Below are positions 41,218-53,627 of a stretch of 64,000 nt of DNA, piece after piece (position 1 is the stretch's first letter; each line of letters starts with the position of its first letter). The notes below the pieces were generated by a model. It was given only the letters and a program-made list of their open reading frames with translations. It was not told the DNA's origin and ran no database searches. The stretch is from Octopus vulgaris (taxonomy: Eukaryota): assembly GCA_951406725.2 (NCBI GenBank), contig OX597817.1, positions 78,120,001 to 78,184,000 of the forward strand, given 5' to 3'. Made by a program: the position numbers and the translations under genes.

Positions 41218-42092
41218 AGGGTGTCCACCAAAATGTATACACACTTTGAATAATTGTAAAGTAGGTGTTTACGAGTATTAAAATACGTTTCATTTTCAAA
41301 ATTTAATTGAACCTACAGACATTATTTATTGTTTTGTTAACGCCTATTTTCAAACTGACGTCCATTCTGTTCCAGACACTGCTGACAAAGCAAAGCAATG
41401 GAATTGCAAACATCATGAAACAATTCGTTTGGTATTTGTGTGCATTCTCATTCAGTGACTGCTCTCAAATCAGTGACTGTTACAGGTTTCATAGTGTAGA
41501 CTTTATCTTTTAGGTATCCCCATAAAAAAATGTCTAGTGGTGTGAGGTCTGGTGAACGCGGAGGGTATTCAATGAAACCTCTTTGTCCAATTCAACTGTT
41601 TGGCAGGACCTCATCAAGGAAGGATCTAACATAGTGATGGTAGTGTGGGGGTGCCCCATCTTGCTGAAAATAAAACCCCACATTTTCAAAGTCTTCTCTA
41701 ATGCATTGGACAGACGATTTTGGAATACCTACCTCATAACTTGCTTGCTGTACAGATTTTCTTGGATTTTTGGTGATATGTTTCCTTCTTGTTTTGTTGA
41801 GGTTGTCGATGTTTGTGTTCTTCCAGAATGCTTCTTGCAGATATTCTGAACAGTTCCATCAGCTTCAAACTTATCTCTGATTTGAGTGATGTGAGTTGCA
41901 TTCGTGGATCTGTTTGAAATTCCCTCCTAAACTGTCTTTCACACTTCAAGTAGTATTTTAGAATGAATTTCCTTTGTTCAAAGCTTAGTCTGATTGCTAT
42001 CATTAATTCCAATGGGTTTCCTCTGAAAAGAAAAAAACATCAATTGAGTTATCAGCTGCTAAAGTGTACAAACATTTTTTGGGGACACACTG
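41218..42092 (-). mobile_element. Internally deleted Tc1/mariner element with TIRs
   Basis: TIRs gggtgtccaccaaaatgtatacacacttt / aaagtgtacaaacattttttggggacacactg; N-terminal RLSFEQRKFILKYYLK; PRSPDLTPLD-like and QQDGAPPH motifs on the minus strand at ~41520-41665. Confidence 0.85.
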
Positions 42093-42177
42093 TATGTATA
42101 TATGTTTTTTATAATGAAATTTTTTTAATAAAATTATTTTAGCATTTTTTACCTTGATGTTATTTCATATATATAAA

Positions 42178-42390
42178 GTTAATCCAAACATGAAAGCACA
42201 AAAAAACACAACAACGCGAGGACGTGGAACAAATATAGTATTATTGGACGCTCAGGAAAGAAGGGAAGAAGGAGGGTTTAACGTTTCGAGCGGAGCTCTT
42301 CGTCGGAAACATAGGAGAAGGAAAGATCCAGAGAAGGGAAGACAGAGGAAAAAAATCGCCAATGGTACACACGTGGTCACATTTTGAATG
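42178..42390 (-). mobile_element. HHR-bearing repeat family H1, copy 3 (best preserved)
   Basis: Minus strand 42310-42276 GTTT-CCGACGA-A-GAGC-tcc-GCTC-GAAACGTT-AAAC; CpGs retained. Confidence 0.75.
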
Positions 42391-42753
42391 ACCGGAAGGA
42401 AATGGGTGAAGAAATATATATATATATAAGTATGTATATATATTCTTTTACTCATTTATTTGTTTCAGTCATTTGACTGTGGTCATGATGGAGCACTGCC
42501 TTTAGCATGTGTGTGTGTGTATATACATATTTGAAACAGGAAAAGAATGACTTCACTGGTAGTTCTAATCAATTTAATTTTCTAATAATAAAATTTTACA
42601 GTTTAGTTTCTAGTAAGTTCTTTGATAACTTTGGTGGGGAGGTTTTTAAAAGATTCCTTGTTAACTTTCCTGGAGAAATTTCTTGCATTCATTGCTGGTG
42701 ATTGTCAAATTGATCTCAGGATGTGTTGTGCTGTGTAATGCCCTTAATACAAG

Positions 42754-42786
<33 letters not shown>

Positions 42787-42966
42787 ATGTTTGTGTGTTT
42801 GTGTTTGAACCACCAATATCACTTGACAAACGATGCTGGTGTGTTTACATCGCTGTAACTTAGTGGTTCGGCAAAAGACCAATAGAATAAACACTAGGCT
42901 TACAAAGAATAAGCTCTGTGGTCGATTTTCCCAAAACAAGTAAAAGAGTAAAAGAGTATATATATG

Positions 42967-43005
<39 letters not shown>

Positions 43006-43520
43006 ACGCACACACACACATATATATATTAACAAAATATAAGTTTTTTCTTAATAATCAACAGAGGTTACAGAGTGGTTCAAAAGCTGAGAGTGCCACA
43101 TACTGGCATTTATGAAAATACCAATGCATGAAACTTTGTAATTTCTGCCAATTATTACTAAATAGCAGGGGTAGAATTAATGGAGCTTATTTTTCAGGAA
43201 AAATAGTGCAATACAATCTCAAGATAAAATCTTCAGTTATACAACAAAAGTAATAATGGTTAATAATGATAAATAGCAATTTTGTCATAATGCCCAAGGA
43301 ATATTGAATGTGTGGATTAATGTCGGAGATTTGCATTGAGATTGAAACATAATTCTAATGGCAATGAAATTGATAGTCTTTCTATCTTATCTCCAAGTTC
43401 TGATTGCATTTTTGCTTCTTTCGTTGGTACTTTAATGGAACACATTCATACTGAGAATCTCTATTTTAGCAGGGCATACACACACACACTCATGTATATG
43501 TATATATATGTCAATATATA

Positions 43521-43554
<34 letters not shown>

Positions 43555-43720
43555 ATATATATATGCATATATATGATGATGATGATAGCACACACATATA
43601 TATATATATATTTACACATATATTTATATATATATATATACACACACATACATATACATAAATATGTATATATAGATATATATGTATATATATACATATA
43701 TATTTACATATATATACATA

Positions 43721-43760
<40 letters not shown>

Positions 43761-44285
43761 CATACATAGAGATACATAGTTACACACACACTCACACACA
43801 CACATATACATACATATATATATATATATATAAATCAACCAAGTTAAAGCGAATGATTGTGCTCACATGCATGCGTGTGTGTGTTTGAGCATACATGTGT
43901 GCATGTGCATCCGCATGTCCACATGTCCATACATGCATATGTGTGGCATGTAGGATCTTATTACGAAACTAATTTTTTTTTCTTGTTTCTGTTTTTTTTT
44001 CTTTAAAAATTTACGCTGTTTAAATGAAAAATCTGCCAGAAAATCATCTTATAAAAAAAGGGTTGAAAGCTATCAAGATTTTAAATACCGAAATACTTAT
44101 CGGATTTAAATGGCAATTTAAAATATCTGAATGTGTCATCAAATTTTAAAAACTGTTAAAATCAAAGACACTGGAAGAAATAATAAATAAAAAAAAGACA
44201 GTGCAACAACAAACAAGACAAACAACAGCAACAATGACAACAGCAACGACAACGACGATGATGATAATAACAGCAACAACAATTG

Positions 44286-44339
<54 letters not shown>

Positions 44340-44869
44340 GCATAAATAAATAGCCAAATAAATAGATACAATAATAAATGTAATACATGATTTTCTTTTA
44401 CCATTTCTAAATTGAAATTCTTTAAACAGATATGTTATTAAGACTTAATGCTAACATTTTTACCTGAAATATCAAGATACATCTTACATAGAAGTGACAT
44501 TTGGAAGAAAAAGAAGTACAACAACAACAACAACAAAAAAACGGAATCGCATATGTGTTTCTTGTTCAATTTAACAGAGGTGTGTTACCATTATGTAAAT
44601 GAAGGAAGCATGTTAGAAATGGTGATGAATATTATGCTGCTGTATAAGAAAAATCTATTTTCTTTCCAGTTAGTTATACAGTGAAATTATTATTATTTTT
44701 TTTCAGAATTTATGTGTAATTAGTAAAGGCAAGCCATAGATGTTACAATTTACTAATCTCTTTTCTGAAATTAAAAATTTTCAGACCTGCATAATCAAAT
44801 GTAATTACTGAATATATATACATATATTACCTTCATCAGTCGCCATGCTTGACTGCTAAATCCACAGTT

Positions 44870-45035
44870 TTTTTTATTCTCTCTCTGTTTATTTTCTCTT
44901 ATTCCTCTCTGTTGAAGAGCATAGGCTCGAAACATAAAACACTTTTTCACTTTCCTGAGCATCAAACTAATACACCTGCTTGTTGTTCCTACATGTATCT
45001 TCATCTTTTGTTTTTCTGTAAATTTCAACTATATA
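44870..45035 (+). mobile_element. H1-related repeat with a variant hammerhead
   Basis: CTGTTGA-A-GAGC-atag-GCTC-GAAAC-ATA-AAA at 44909-44940, followed by ttcctgagc..taatac as in H1; ends in (TA)n. Confidence 0.55.
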
Positions 45036-45398
45036 TATGTACAGTATATATTCTTTTATTCTTTTGCACTTTTACGTGTTTCAGTCATTTGACTGTGGCC
45101 ATGCTGGAGCACCACCTTAAAGGGTATTTTAGTTAAAGAAATTGAGAACAGGACTTATTCTTTCTAAGTCTAGTACTTATTCTATCAGTAATTTTTGCTG
45201 AACTGCTTAGTTACTGGGACATATACACACTGACATCAGTTGTCAAGTGGTGATGATGGAGGTAGCAAAAATGAATGAACACAGACCCAAAGTCACACAC
45301 ACATATATATACATTTATATATATATATATATATATTCTTTTACACTTTTCTTTTTTATTTGTTTCAAGCATTTGACTTTGGCAGTGCTGGAGCACCA

Positions 45399-45498
<100 letters not shown>

Positions 45499-45793
45499 AA
45501 AATGGTAAATAATTTTCCTGTGGTTTTTCATGTAACCAACAATTATTTACCGGTAAATTTCGGTATGTAAATACGACAAAATAATTGTCAAGACCTTTGT
45601 AAGGTTCAGTATATAGTAAAGAAAAATAAGTTGGCTAGCAGCAAGCTGTTTCGCCTCATACCGAAGGAATTAGAAATGGCAGTCAAAGACCGTTTTTCCA
45701 TTTCTATAAGTAGAGATTCCAAAAACGAAGGCCCTTGTGGCTCACATACACAAAACCGGAGTGGCAAATATACAAATTCAGTCACTTACCGTT

Positions 45794-45866
45794 AATAGCG
45801 AACACGGTGTTTCTGGATCACAAACATATAAAAAAAGGGTGAGTTTGAATTCCGTCATCAGCGCTA
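45794..45866 (-). ncRNA. Type I hammerhead ribozyme, minus-strand copy
   Basis: Reverse complement of the motif at 46428-46500. Confidence 0.75.
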
Positions 45867-46427
45867 TATTCGTTAGATTTATCAAAGGAATTCAAACTCA
45901 CCCTTTTTTTATATGTTTGTGATCCAGAAACACCGTGTTCGCTATTAACGGTAAGTGACTGAATTCGTATATTTGCCACTCCGGTTTTGTGTATGTGAGC
46001 CACAAGGGCCTTGGTTTTTGGAATCTCTACTTATAGAAATGGAAAAAACGGTCTTTGACTGCCATTTCTAATTCCTTCGGTATGAGGCGAAGCAGCTTGC
46101 TGCTAGCCAACTTATTTTTCTTTACTATATACTGAACCTTACAAAGGTCTTGACAATTATTTTGTCGTATTTACATACCGAAATTTACCGGTAAATAATT
46201 GTTGGTTACATGAAAAACCACAGGAAAATTATTTACCATTTTTATTGTATTACCATGTGGATTCCTCATTCCATTACGATTACCCAGAAGGCGCGCATGG
46301 CAGAATTTTGGAGGGAAAATTTACGTTCCCAGTCGTTGCTTGGTTTTAACATCTGCGCACTTCCCCCACTATCTGATGTCGCTGGGTCAGAAGTGAGGGC
46401 TGGTGGCATTTGATAAAGCTAACGAAT

Positions 46428-46500
46428 ATAGCGCTGATGACGGAATTCAAACTCACCCTTTTTTTATATGTTTGTGATCCAGAAACACCGTGTTCGCTAT
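46428..46500 (+). ncRNA. Type I hammerhead ribozyme, plus-strand copy
   Basis: Stem I ATAGCG/CGCTAT; core CTGATGA (46434-40); stem II GGA..CAAAC/GTTTG..TCC; GAAA (46482-85); minimal stem III ACAC-c-GTGT; predicted cleavage after GUU (46494). Confidence 0.8.
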
Positions 46501-46677
46501 TAACGGTAAGTGACTGAATTCGTATATTTGCCACTCCGGTTTTGTGTATGTGAGCCACAAGGGCCTTCGTTTTTGGAATCTCTACTTATAGAAATGGAAA
46601 AAACGGTCTTTGACTGCCATTTCTAATTCCTTCGGTATGAGGCGAAACAGCTTGCTGCTAGCCAACTTATTTTTCTT

Positions 46678-46768
<91 letters not shown>

Positions 46769-48194
46769 ATGTTACAAAAAGAAAATAGAAACTACATGTG
46801 GAAATGTAAGGGGAAAGTAAGAAGGAAAATAAGATAAAATTCACATTGGAAATCAAAAAAAAGTGAAGGCTTTTTATGAAAAGTAGTGATAGATATATAC
46901 AATTAGATGAACTGAGGTAGGAATAAAAGCAATAAAAGTCATTATTGTGAATTGCTAAAGAGATTCCAAGGCATACTGGTTTTGTAAAATTTCTGATCAC
47001 TGCTTTGAATGCACACCAATTACCAAATGGTGTTGGGTCTTCTAGTCCCTGGGTAAAAAGATTATGTAAATGGAAGGTAAGTAGTTCTGGATTTGGTGCA
47101 ATTAGGGTAGATATAAACCTGTAATGTGAATGGTGCATGGGATGTATGGAGGTTAGTGGTATTAATTGAAAGGTTAGTGGTGTTCTATGTTAAGTCATGT
47201 GTTCATATTGAGTTGTGGAAGATATTTATTGATGAAAATTGCTTCTTTATTCATTCTTTGCTGTCTATATTGTGGGTGGCAGATTTGTTCTTTGAGGAGA
47301 GTGATTCTTCAACAGAGTGATATTCCTGTTTGGCCAATATAATGATTACCATACCACCACCCACAATACAGACAGATACAGGTCAGTGAACATATAAAAA
47401 GGTGTGCTAGAAACCTTAATCCTAATTTCCTAATTTTCCCCTTCTATCAATGTTCACAGAACACTTCAGTACAGCAAAGAATGAATAAAGAGGCAACTTT
47501 CATCAATAAATATCTATATAAAGGGCTTCTTTCAGTATCTGTCTACCTGATCCACTCACAAGGCTTTGGTTGGTCTGAGGCTATTGTAAAAAGCACTTGC
47601 CTGGCCAAGGTACCATGCAGTGAGACTGAACTCAGAACCATCTGATTGGGAAGCAATCTCCTTTCTACACTGCAACTTTTATATCTCTATATATATCATT
47701 ATAATGGAATAATTACTATGTGTAGAATATATTGTAAGAGGCCATCCTCATACACCAAAAGAAACTTAAAATCAACAACAGGAAGCTAGCTGGTTGCTAT
47801 AGCAACACCTTTCCATGCATGTCCACTTCACACATTCTTGCACACACACACACATTAGAAACATTCGTTAATTTCTTGAAAATGGGGTCATAACACCGAA
47901 ATATTGAATACAAGCACCATCATCATTATCAATGCTTAATGTCCATTTCCATGATAGCATGGATTGGCTAGCTTGATAGGAACTGGATGCCCTTCCTAAT
48001 TCCAACCACTTTATAGAGTGTACTGAGAGCTTTTTACATGGCACCAGCACTCATGCTAATGCTTATTGTGTTGCACCTTAGTTTTAGGATATCAATTCTA
48101 TTGGGTTGGGCAGGCATTCTTGAGTACAGCAATGTGCCACATATCTCAGTGCATATTTTGGAATATATATTCTTTTACTTGTTTGAGTCATTTG

Positions 48195-48600
48195 CTCAGT
48201 TTATTTTATTGACTCCAGTACTCAACTGGTACTTATTTTATCAACCCCACTGTTCAGCTGGTACTCATTTTATCAGACCCAGTGTTCAACTGGTACTTTT
48301 TTATTGACCCTGGTACTCAACTGGTACATATTTTATTGACTCCAGTGCACAGATGGTACTTATTTTATCAACCCTTGTGCTCAGCTAGTACTTAGTTTCT
48401 CGACCCCAGTACTCAACTGGTACTTATTATATTAACCCCAGTACTCAACTGGTACTTTATTTTATTGACCCCGGTGATCAACAGGTACTTATTTTATTGA
48501 CCCTAGTGCTCGACTGGTACTTTATTTTATCGATTCCAGTGCTCAGCTGGTACCTATGGAGCCTGGTGCACAACTGGCACTTATTTTATCGATCCCAAAA
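48195..48600. repeat. ~31-bp minisatellite derived from SINE family B
   Basis: About 12 tandem units of gaccccagt(a/g)ctcaactggtacttattttat(c/t), running into a family-B remnant (aaaagcaaagtc). Confidence 0.9.
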
Positions 48601-49352
48601 GAACAAAAAGCAAAGTCAGCATCTGCAGAACGAACTTTAGTTTAGAACATAGAGATGTTCTAAGCTCTTCTAAATTCATGACCTTAAACGTAATTACATA
48701 CTATATGGAATTTTTAGTCAACATTTTCTCTGCTTTCTCTCATTTGAGAGTTGTAATAAGCATTTCTCAACTGGAGTTCCCCTGAACCCTACGGCTCCAC
48801 AAAAGATTCTTAGGGGTTCCATGAGAAAGAGGGAGATAAGCTAATGCTAATTTCATGATCATAATATCACTATACATGCACAGCATTATTATTGTATTAT
48901 TGTAATATAGACATCATCATATCTAACACGCTATGTTATCAAAAAAAATATAAGAACCATTAGGATATATATATATATATGTAAGGTTTCAGCTCTTAAA
49001 CTGAAACTGTGATAAAGACAAGGTAAAAAAAAATTTTATTAAAAACAAAAATAAACACGAATTAATACAATAAGGAATAAATGAAAATTATCTACAACAA
49101 CAGCAAAAATTATCAGTAATTAAATAAGTAACACTCAGGAGGTGTATGTAATTTTAAACTTCCAACCATATATCTATTTTCATATCTACAGATATGTATG
49201 ATTGTAAGTATGTATGTATATATGTATGTATTCATTGATGTCCTCTTTTCCATGCTTTCATGTGTCAGATAGCCTCCTATAGCTGGATATTTTTCCTATC
49301 ACCAACACACACACACAATATATATATTTACATATATATAATGATGATATCA

Positions 49353-49390
<38 letters not shown>

Positions 49391-49412
49391 GATGTATATA
49401 CACACATACATA

Positions 49413-49464
<52 letters not shown>

Positions 49465-50177
49465 CTGTATGTATGTTGTGTATCTGTGTTTGTCCTCCCT
49501 ACATCACTTGACAACAGATGCTGGTTGGTTTACATCCCCGTAACTTAGCAGTTCGGCAAAAGAGACCGAAAGAATAAGTCCTGGGGTCGATTTGATTCGA
49601 CTAAATGTGGTGCTCCAGCATGGCTGCAGTCAAATGACTGAAACAAGTAAAAAAAAAAATGCAGATTATATTTATAGTAATTTGGGGTGTCATGAATTTC
49701 ATAGAAGACAGTACTCAAGAAGACCCATTCTTCACAGCAGAAGTGCTAAGTCCACTTCCCCTGGTGAAGAGAATTGGCCTGCAAGAGTCATGTGTCAGTG
49801 CCACATAAAAGTACTTATGTGGTGCCATGTTAAAAGCACCCAGTTCACACTGAAAAGTGGTTGGCATTAGGAAGGGCATCCAGCCATAGAGAGCAAGCTA
49901 AATCAGACATGAACCTGGTGCAGCTCTCTAGGTTCCTAGCTCTGGTCAAACTGTCCAACCCATGCCAGCATCAGAAATGGATGTTAAAGAATGATGATGA
50001 TGAAGATAGGTACAGTTATGTCTGTCTATCTGAGAAGTTTGCTTCCCAACCGCAAGGCTTCAGGTTCAGTTCCAGTACATGTCACCTAGAATGAGTGTCT
50101 TCTACTATAGCAGTGGGCTATCCACTGTCTTGAGAAAGGATTTGGTAGATAGGAACAGAAAAATGCCTACTGTATAT

Positions 50178-50425
50178 ATCATCATCATCATCATCATTTA
50201 ACGTCCGGTTTCCATGCTAGCATGGGTTGGACGGTTCAACTGGGGTCTGGGAAGCCAGAAGGCTGCACCAGGCCCAGTCTGATCTGGCAATGTTTCTACG
50301 GCTGGATGCCCTTCCTAATGCCAACCACTCCGTGAGTGTAGTGAGTGCTTTTAATGTGCCACCGGCACAGGTGCCAGACGGGGCTGGCAAACGGCCACAG
50401 TTGGATGGTGCTTTTTACATGCCAC
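50178..50425 (-). mobile_element. (CAT)n-tailed interspersed repeat (related copies ~14640, 15790, 22575, 47920, 49780, 60455)
   Basis: Shared catcatcatttaacgtcc..ttccatgctagcatgggttggacg and ctggatgcccttcctaatgccaaccact motifs. Confidence 0.75.
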
Positions 50426-50688
50426 ACGTGTGTGTGTCGTGTGTGTCTGTGTGTGTATGTATGTATATATATGCAATTTGTAATTTGAATGGAGGCAATA
50501 CAAATGGAAAACTAGAGGAACATGACTTATTATCAATAAAATATTCAATATATATGTGTACTTTCTTCGACATTAATAAATCAATATAAAGTTCGAAATG
50601 ATATATATGCATACACACACAAATATACACACACAAATATACACACACACATTGTAGAATTAGAAATTTCTCAGTAAGGTATGATATA

Positions 50689-50850
50689 TTTGAAAAATAT
50701 GAATAAAAATGGCTTTTCAGATAATTTTTCTACTTAGTAATTAAATGTTTGTAAGTGATTAGGCATTTGTAAACACCTAATGATTTACAAACATCTAATT
50801 ATTAAAGTGGAAAAACTATCAGAAAAGCCATTTTTTTTCATATTTTCAAA
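50689..50850. repeat. Imperfect ~160-bp palindrome
   Basis: tttgaaaaatatgaataaaaatggcttttcagata..gattagg vs cctaatgatttacaaacat..tatcagaaaagccatttttttcatattttcaaa. Confidence 0.85.
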
Positions 50851-51067
50851 TATGTATGTATATTTGTATGTATGTATGTATGTGTGTATGTTTGTGTGTA
50901 TATATATATGTGTATATATATATACGCATGTATACAGATATATACATGTGTATATATATATATGCATGTATGTATATATATATATATTTAATGTAGGATA
51001 AAATGTTTTTTTTCGAAAAAAATTTTATCAATGGCCAGCATATTAAAAAATACCTTTAAAGGTATTT

Positions 51068-51182
<115 letters not shown>

Positions 51183-51324
51183 GTATGTATATATATATGT
51201 ATATATATATATATACATTGAGAAAAAGGAGGCAGTCAGAATTTTTGATAATTCTTTATTAGCATTTTCATTCATTTTTCATATATATATATATGTATAT
51301 GGATATGGATATGTATATATATGC

Positions 51325-51355
<31 letters not shown>

Positions 51356-51365
51356 CATATATATA

Positions 51366-51758
51366 GGCGCAGGAGTGGCTGTGTGGTAAGTAGCTTGCTA
51401 ACCAACCACACGGTTCCGGGTTCAGTCCCACTGCGTGGCATCTTGGGCAAGTGTCTTCTACTATAGCCTCAGGCCGACCAATGCCTTGTGAGTGGATTTG
51501 GTACACGGAAACTGAAAGAAGCCTGTCGTATATATGTATATGTATATATATGTGTGTATGTGTTTGTCCCCCTAGCATTGCTTGACAGCCGATGCTGGTG
51601 TGTTTACGTCCCCATCACTTAGCGGTTCGGCAAAAGAGACTGATAGAATAAGTACTGGGCTTACAAAGAATAAGTCTCGGGGTCGATTTGCTCGACTAAA
51701 GGCGGTGCTCCAGCATGGCCGCAGTCAAATGACTGAAACAAGTAAAAGAGTAAAGAGT
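51366..51758 (+). mobile_element. SINE family A, best-preserved full-length copy (more than 15 copies in the window)
   Basis: tRNA-like head (A box tggctgtgtgg, B-box-like ggttcagtccc), internal TA/TG microsatellite, tail aaggcggtgctccagcatggccgcagtcaaatgactgaaacaag(taaaagag)n. Confidence 0.92.
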
Positions 51759-51774
51759 ATATATATATATATAT

Positions 51775-52060
51775 GTATGTTTGTTCCTTCTCAAGTCATG
51801 CCTGGCTCATAAGGGCCGGTTCCCTTGGTGTATAGGTTCCCTACATGGATGGGATGCAGGTGAGCTGCAAGATGCAGGAGGAAAGAGTGAGAGAAAGCTG
51901 GGACAAAAGAGTCAGCAGAAGTTTGCCATTACCATCTGCCGGAGCTGCGTGGAGCTTGGGTGTTTCGCTCATAAGCACGCACATCACCCAGTCTGAGATT
52001 CGAACCCGCGATCCCTTGACCGTGAGTCCACTGCTCTAACCACTAGGCCATGTGCCTCCA
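51775..52060 (-). mobile_element. tRNA-headed SINE (additional family)
   Basis: Minus-strand head ggaggcacatggcctagtggttagagc..gcgggttcgaatctc with A and B boxes, but no closing acceptor stem. Confidence 0.7.
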
Positions 52061-52098
52061 CACACATACATACATATATATATTTACATATATATATG

Positions 52099-52431
52099 TG
52101 AAGGAGCATGGCTCAGTGGTTAGAGCGTCAAGCTTACGATCATGAGGTTGTGAGTTTGGATCCCTGACCAGGCTGCTTGTTGTGTTCTTGAGTAAGACAC
52201 TTTATTTCACATTGCTCCAGTTCATTCAGCTGTAGAAATGAGTTGCAACATCACAGGTGCCAAGCTGTATCGGCCTTTGCCTTTCCCTTGGATAACATAG
52301 GTGGGGTGGAGAGGGGAGGCTGGTATGGATGAGCGACCGTTGGTCTTCTATAAACAACCTTGCCTGGACTTGTGCCTGGGAGGGTAACTTTCTAGGTGCA
52401 ATCCCATGGTCAGTCATGACCGAAGGGGTCT
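52099..52431 (+). mobile_element. SINE family C, full length (related variant copies ~16350, 18410, 25960, 31862, 56702)
   Basis: A box tggctcagtgg; central ttgagtaagacactttatttcacattgctccagttcattcagctg domain; tail gtcatgaccgaaggggtct. Confidence 0.88.
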
Positions 52432-52482
52432 CAGCAGATATATATATATATACATATATATACACATATATACGTATATATA

Positions 52483-52895
52483 CTGAGGTGGTATTGAAAA
52501 GTTCCTGGACTAGTTCTGTAATGTGCCAATAGATGGTAACACATGCCTGTGTGCACAGTGAGAGTTAGTAGTCACCTTCATGAGGCAGTGTGCCTTGTGA
52601 CATCACTGTGTTGATTTCGCAAGTTGTGAAATTTGTGTTCTTGTGATCACTTGTATGCTGTAGTCTGCGATTTTTGTCATGGACTGGAAGTTGGAACAAA
52701 GAGCCAACATGAAATTTTGTGTTAAACTTAGGGCATCTGCTACAGAGATATTGAGCATGCTTCAGCAACCTTATGGCAATAAGGCAATGGGTCATACACA
52801 ATGTTCCATGTGGCATGTGTGCTTCAAAAGTGGAAGAATATCCTTGGAAGATGATGAGCAATCTGGAAGATCTGCTATGAGTGTCACCCCAGAAA
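52483..52895 (+). mobile_element. Mariner 5' remnant truncated by a family-A SINE
   Basis: TIR-like tactgaggtggtattgaaaagttcctggac; MDWKLEQRANMKFCVKL..SATE..MLQQ.YG..W..FKSGRISLEDDEQSGR. Confidence 0.88.
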
Positions 52896-53042
52896 TGTGT
52901 AAGTAGCTCGCTTACGAACCACAAGGTTCCGGGTTCAGTCCCACTGCATGGCACCTTGGGCAAGTGTTTCTACTATAGTCTTGGGCCAACCAAAGCCTTG
53001 TGAGCAGATTTGGTAGTTGGAAACTGAAAGATGCCTGCTGTA

Positions 53043-53097
<55 letters not shown>

Positions 53098-53287
53098 ATA
53101 AGTTTGTGTGTCTCTGTTTGTCCCCCCAACATCGCTTGATAACCGATGCTGGTGTGTTTATGTCCCCGTAACTTAGTGGTTCGGCAAAAGAGACCAAAAG
53201 AATAAGTACTAGGCTTCCAAAAGTGACATGAACTCTGGGACCAGTGTATTGCTACACAAGGTGACTATTTTTTATTAAACATATTTA

Positions 53288-53627
53288 CAGTTCTATATTT
53301 AAGAGATGAGGAATTATGTACATTATTTATATTGTTTACATTTCACGAATATACCCACAAGCATATGGCATAGTGGTTAAGAGCATGGGCTACTAACCCC
53401 AAGATTCCGAGTTCGATTCCAGGCAGTGACCTGAATAAAAATAATAATAATGACAATGATAATAATAATAATAACAGCATCATTGAAAAATACTTTAGGA
53501 ATGAGAACCCAGGTTCGAAATTTCCCCAAGACACCTGATGAAGGCTAGAGGGTATATCAGCTGAAACGTGTTAACAACATAGAAGATGAGGACAAATATC
53601 CATCAAATGTAAATAATGTAAATAATA
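53288..53627 (+). mobile_element. Composite repeat: tRNA-like Pol III head plus hammerhead motif within inverted termini
   Basis: A box TGGCATAGTGG (53366), B box GTTCGATTCC (53411); ACAC-CTGATGA-AGGCT..AGCT-GAAAC-GTGT (53531-53571); inverted ends attatgtacattattt..acattt / aaatgtaaataatgtaaataat. Confidence 0.65.

Noticed and set aside
45737-46558. Three similar ORFs 'MAHIHKTGVANI..'
   Set aside because: They start at GTG, are short, and simply reflect the three repeat copies; no recognisable domain.
46605-46662. Possible second hammerhead (gcc..ggc-GAAAC-AGCT-TG) in the 555-bp monomer
   Set aside because: No CUGANGA box upstream (ctttgact) and no convincing stem I or NUH site.
48195-48600. 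CRISPR-like regular repeats
   Set aside because: No unique spacers, units derive from a SINE, eukaryotic context, no cas genes.
51985-52175. Functional tRNA genes
   Set aside because: A/B boxes are present but there is no acceptor stem closure; they continue into SINE bodies.
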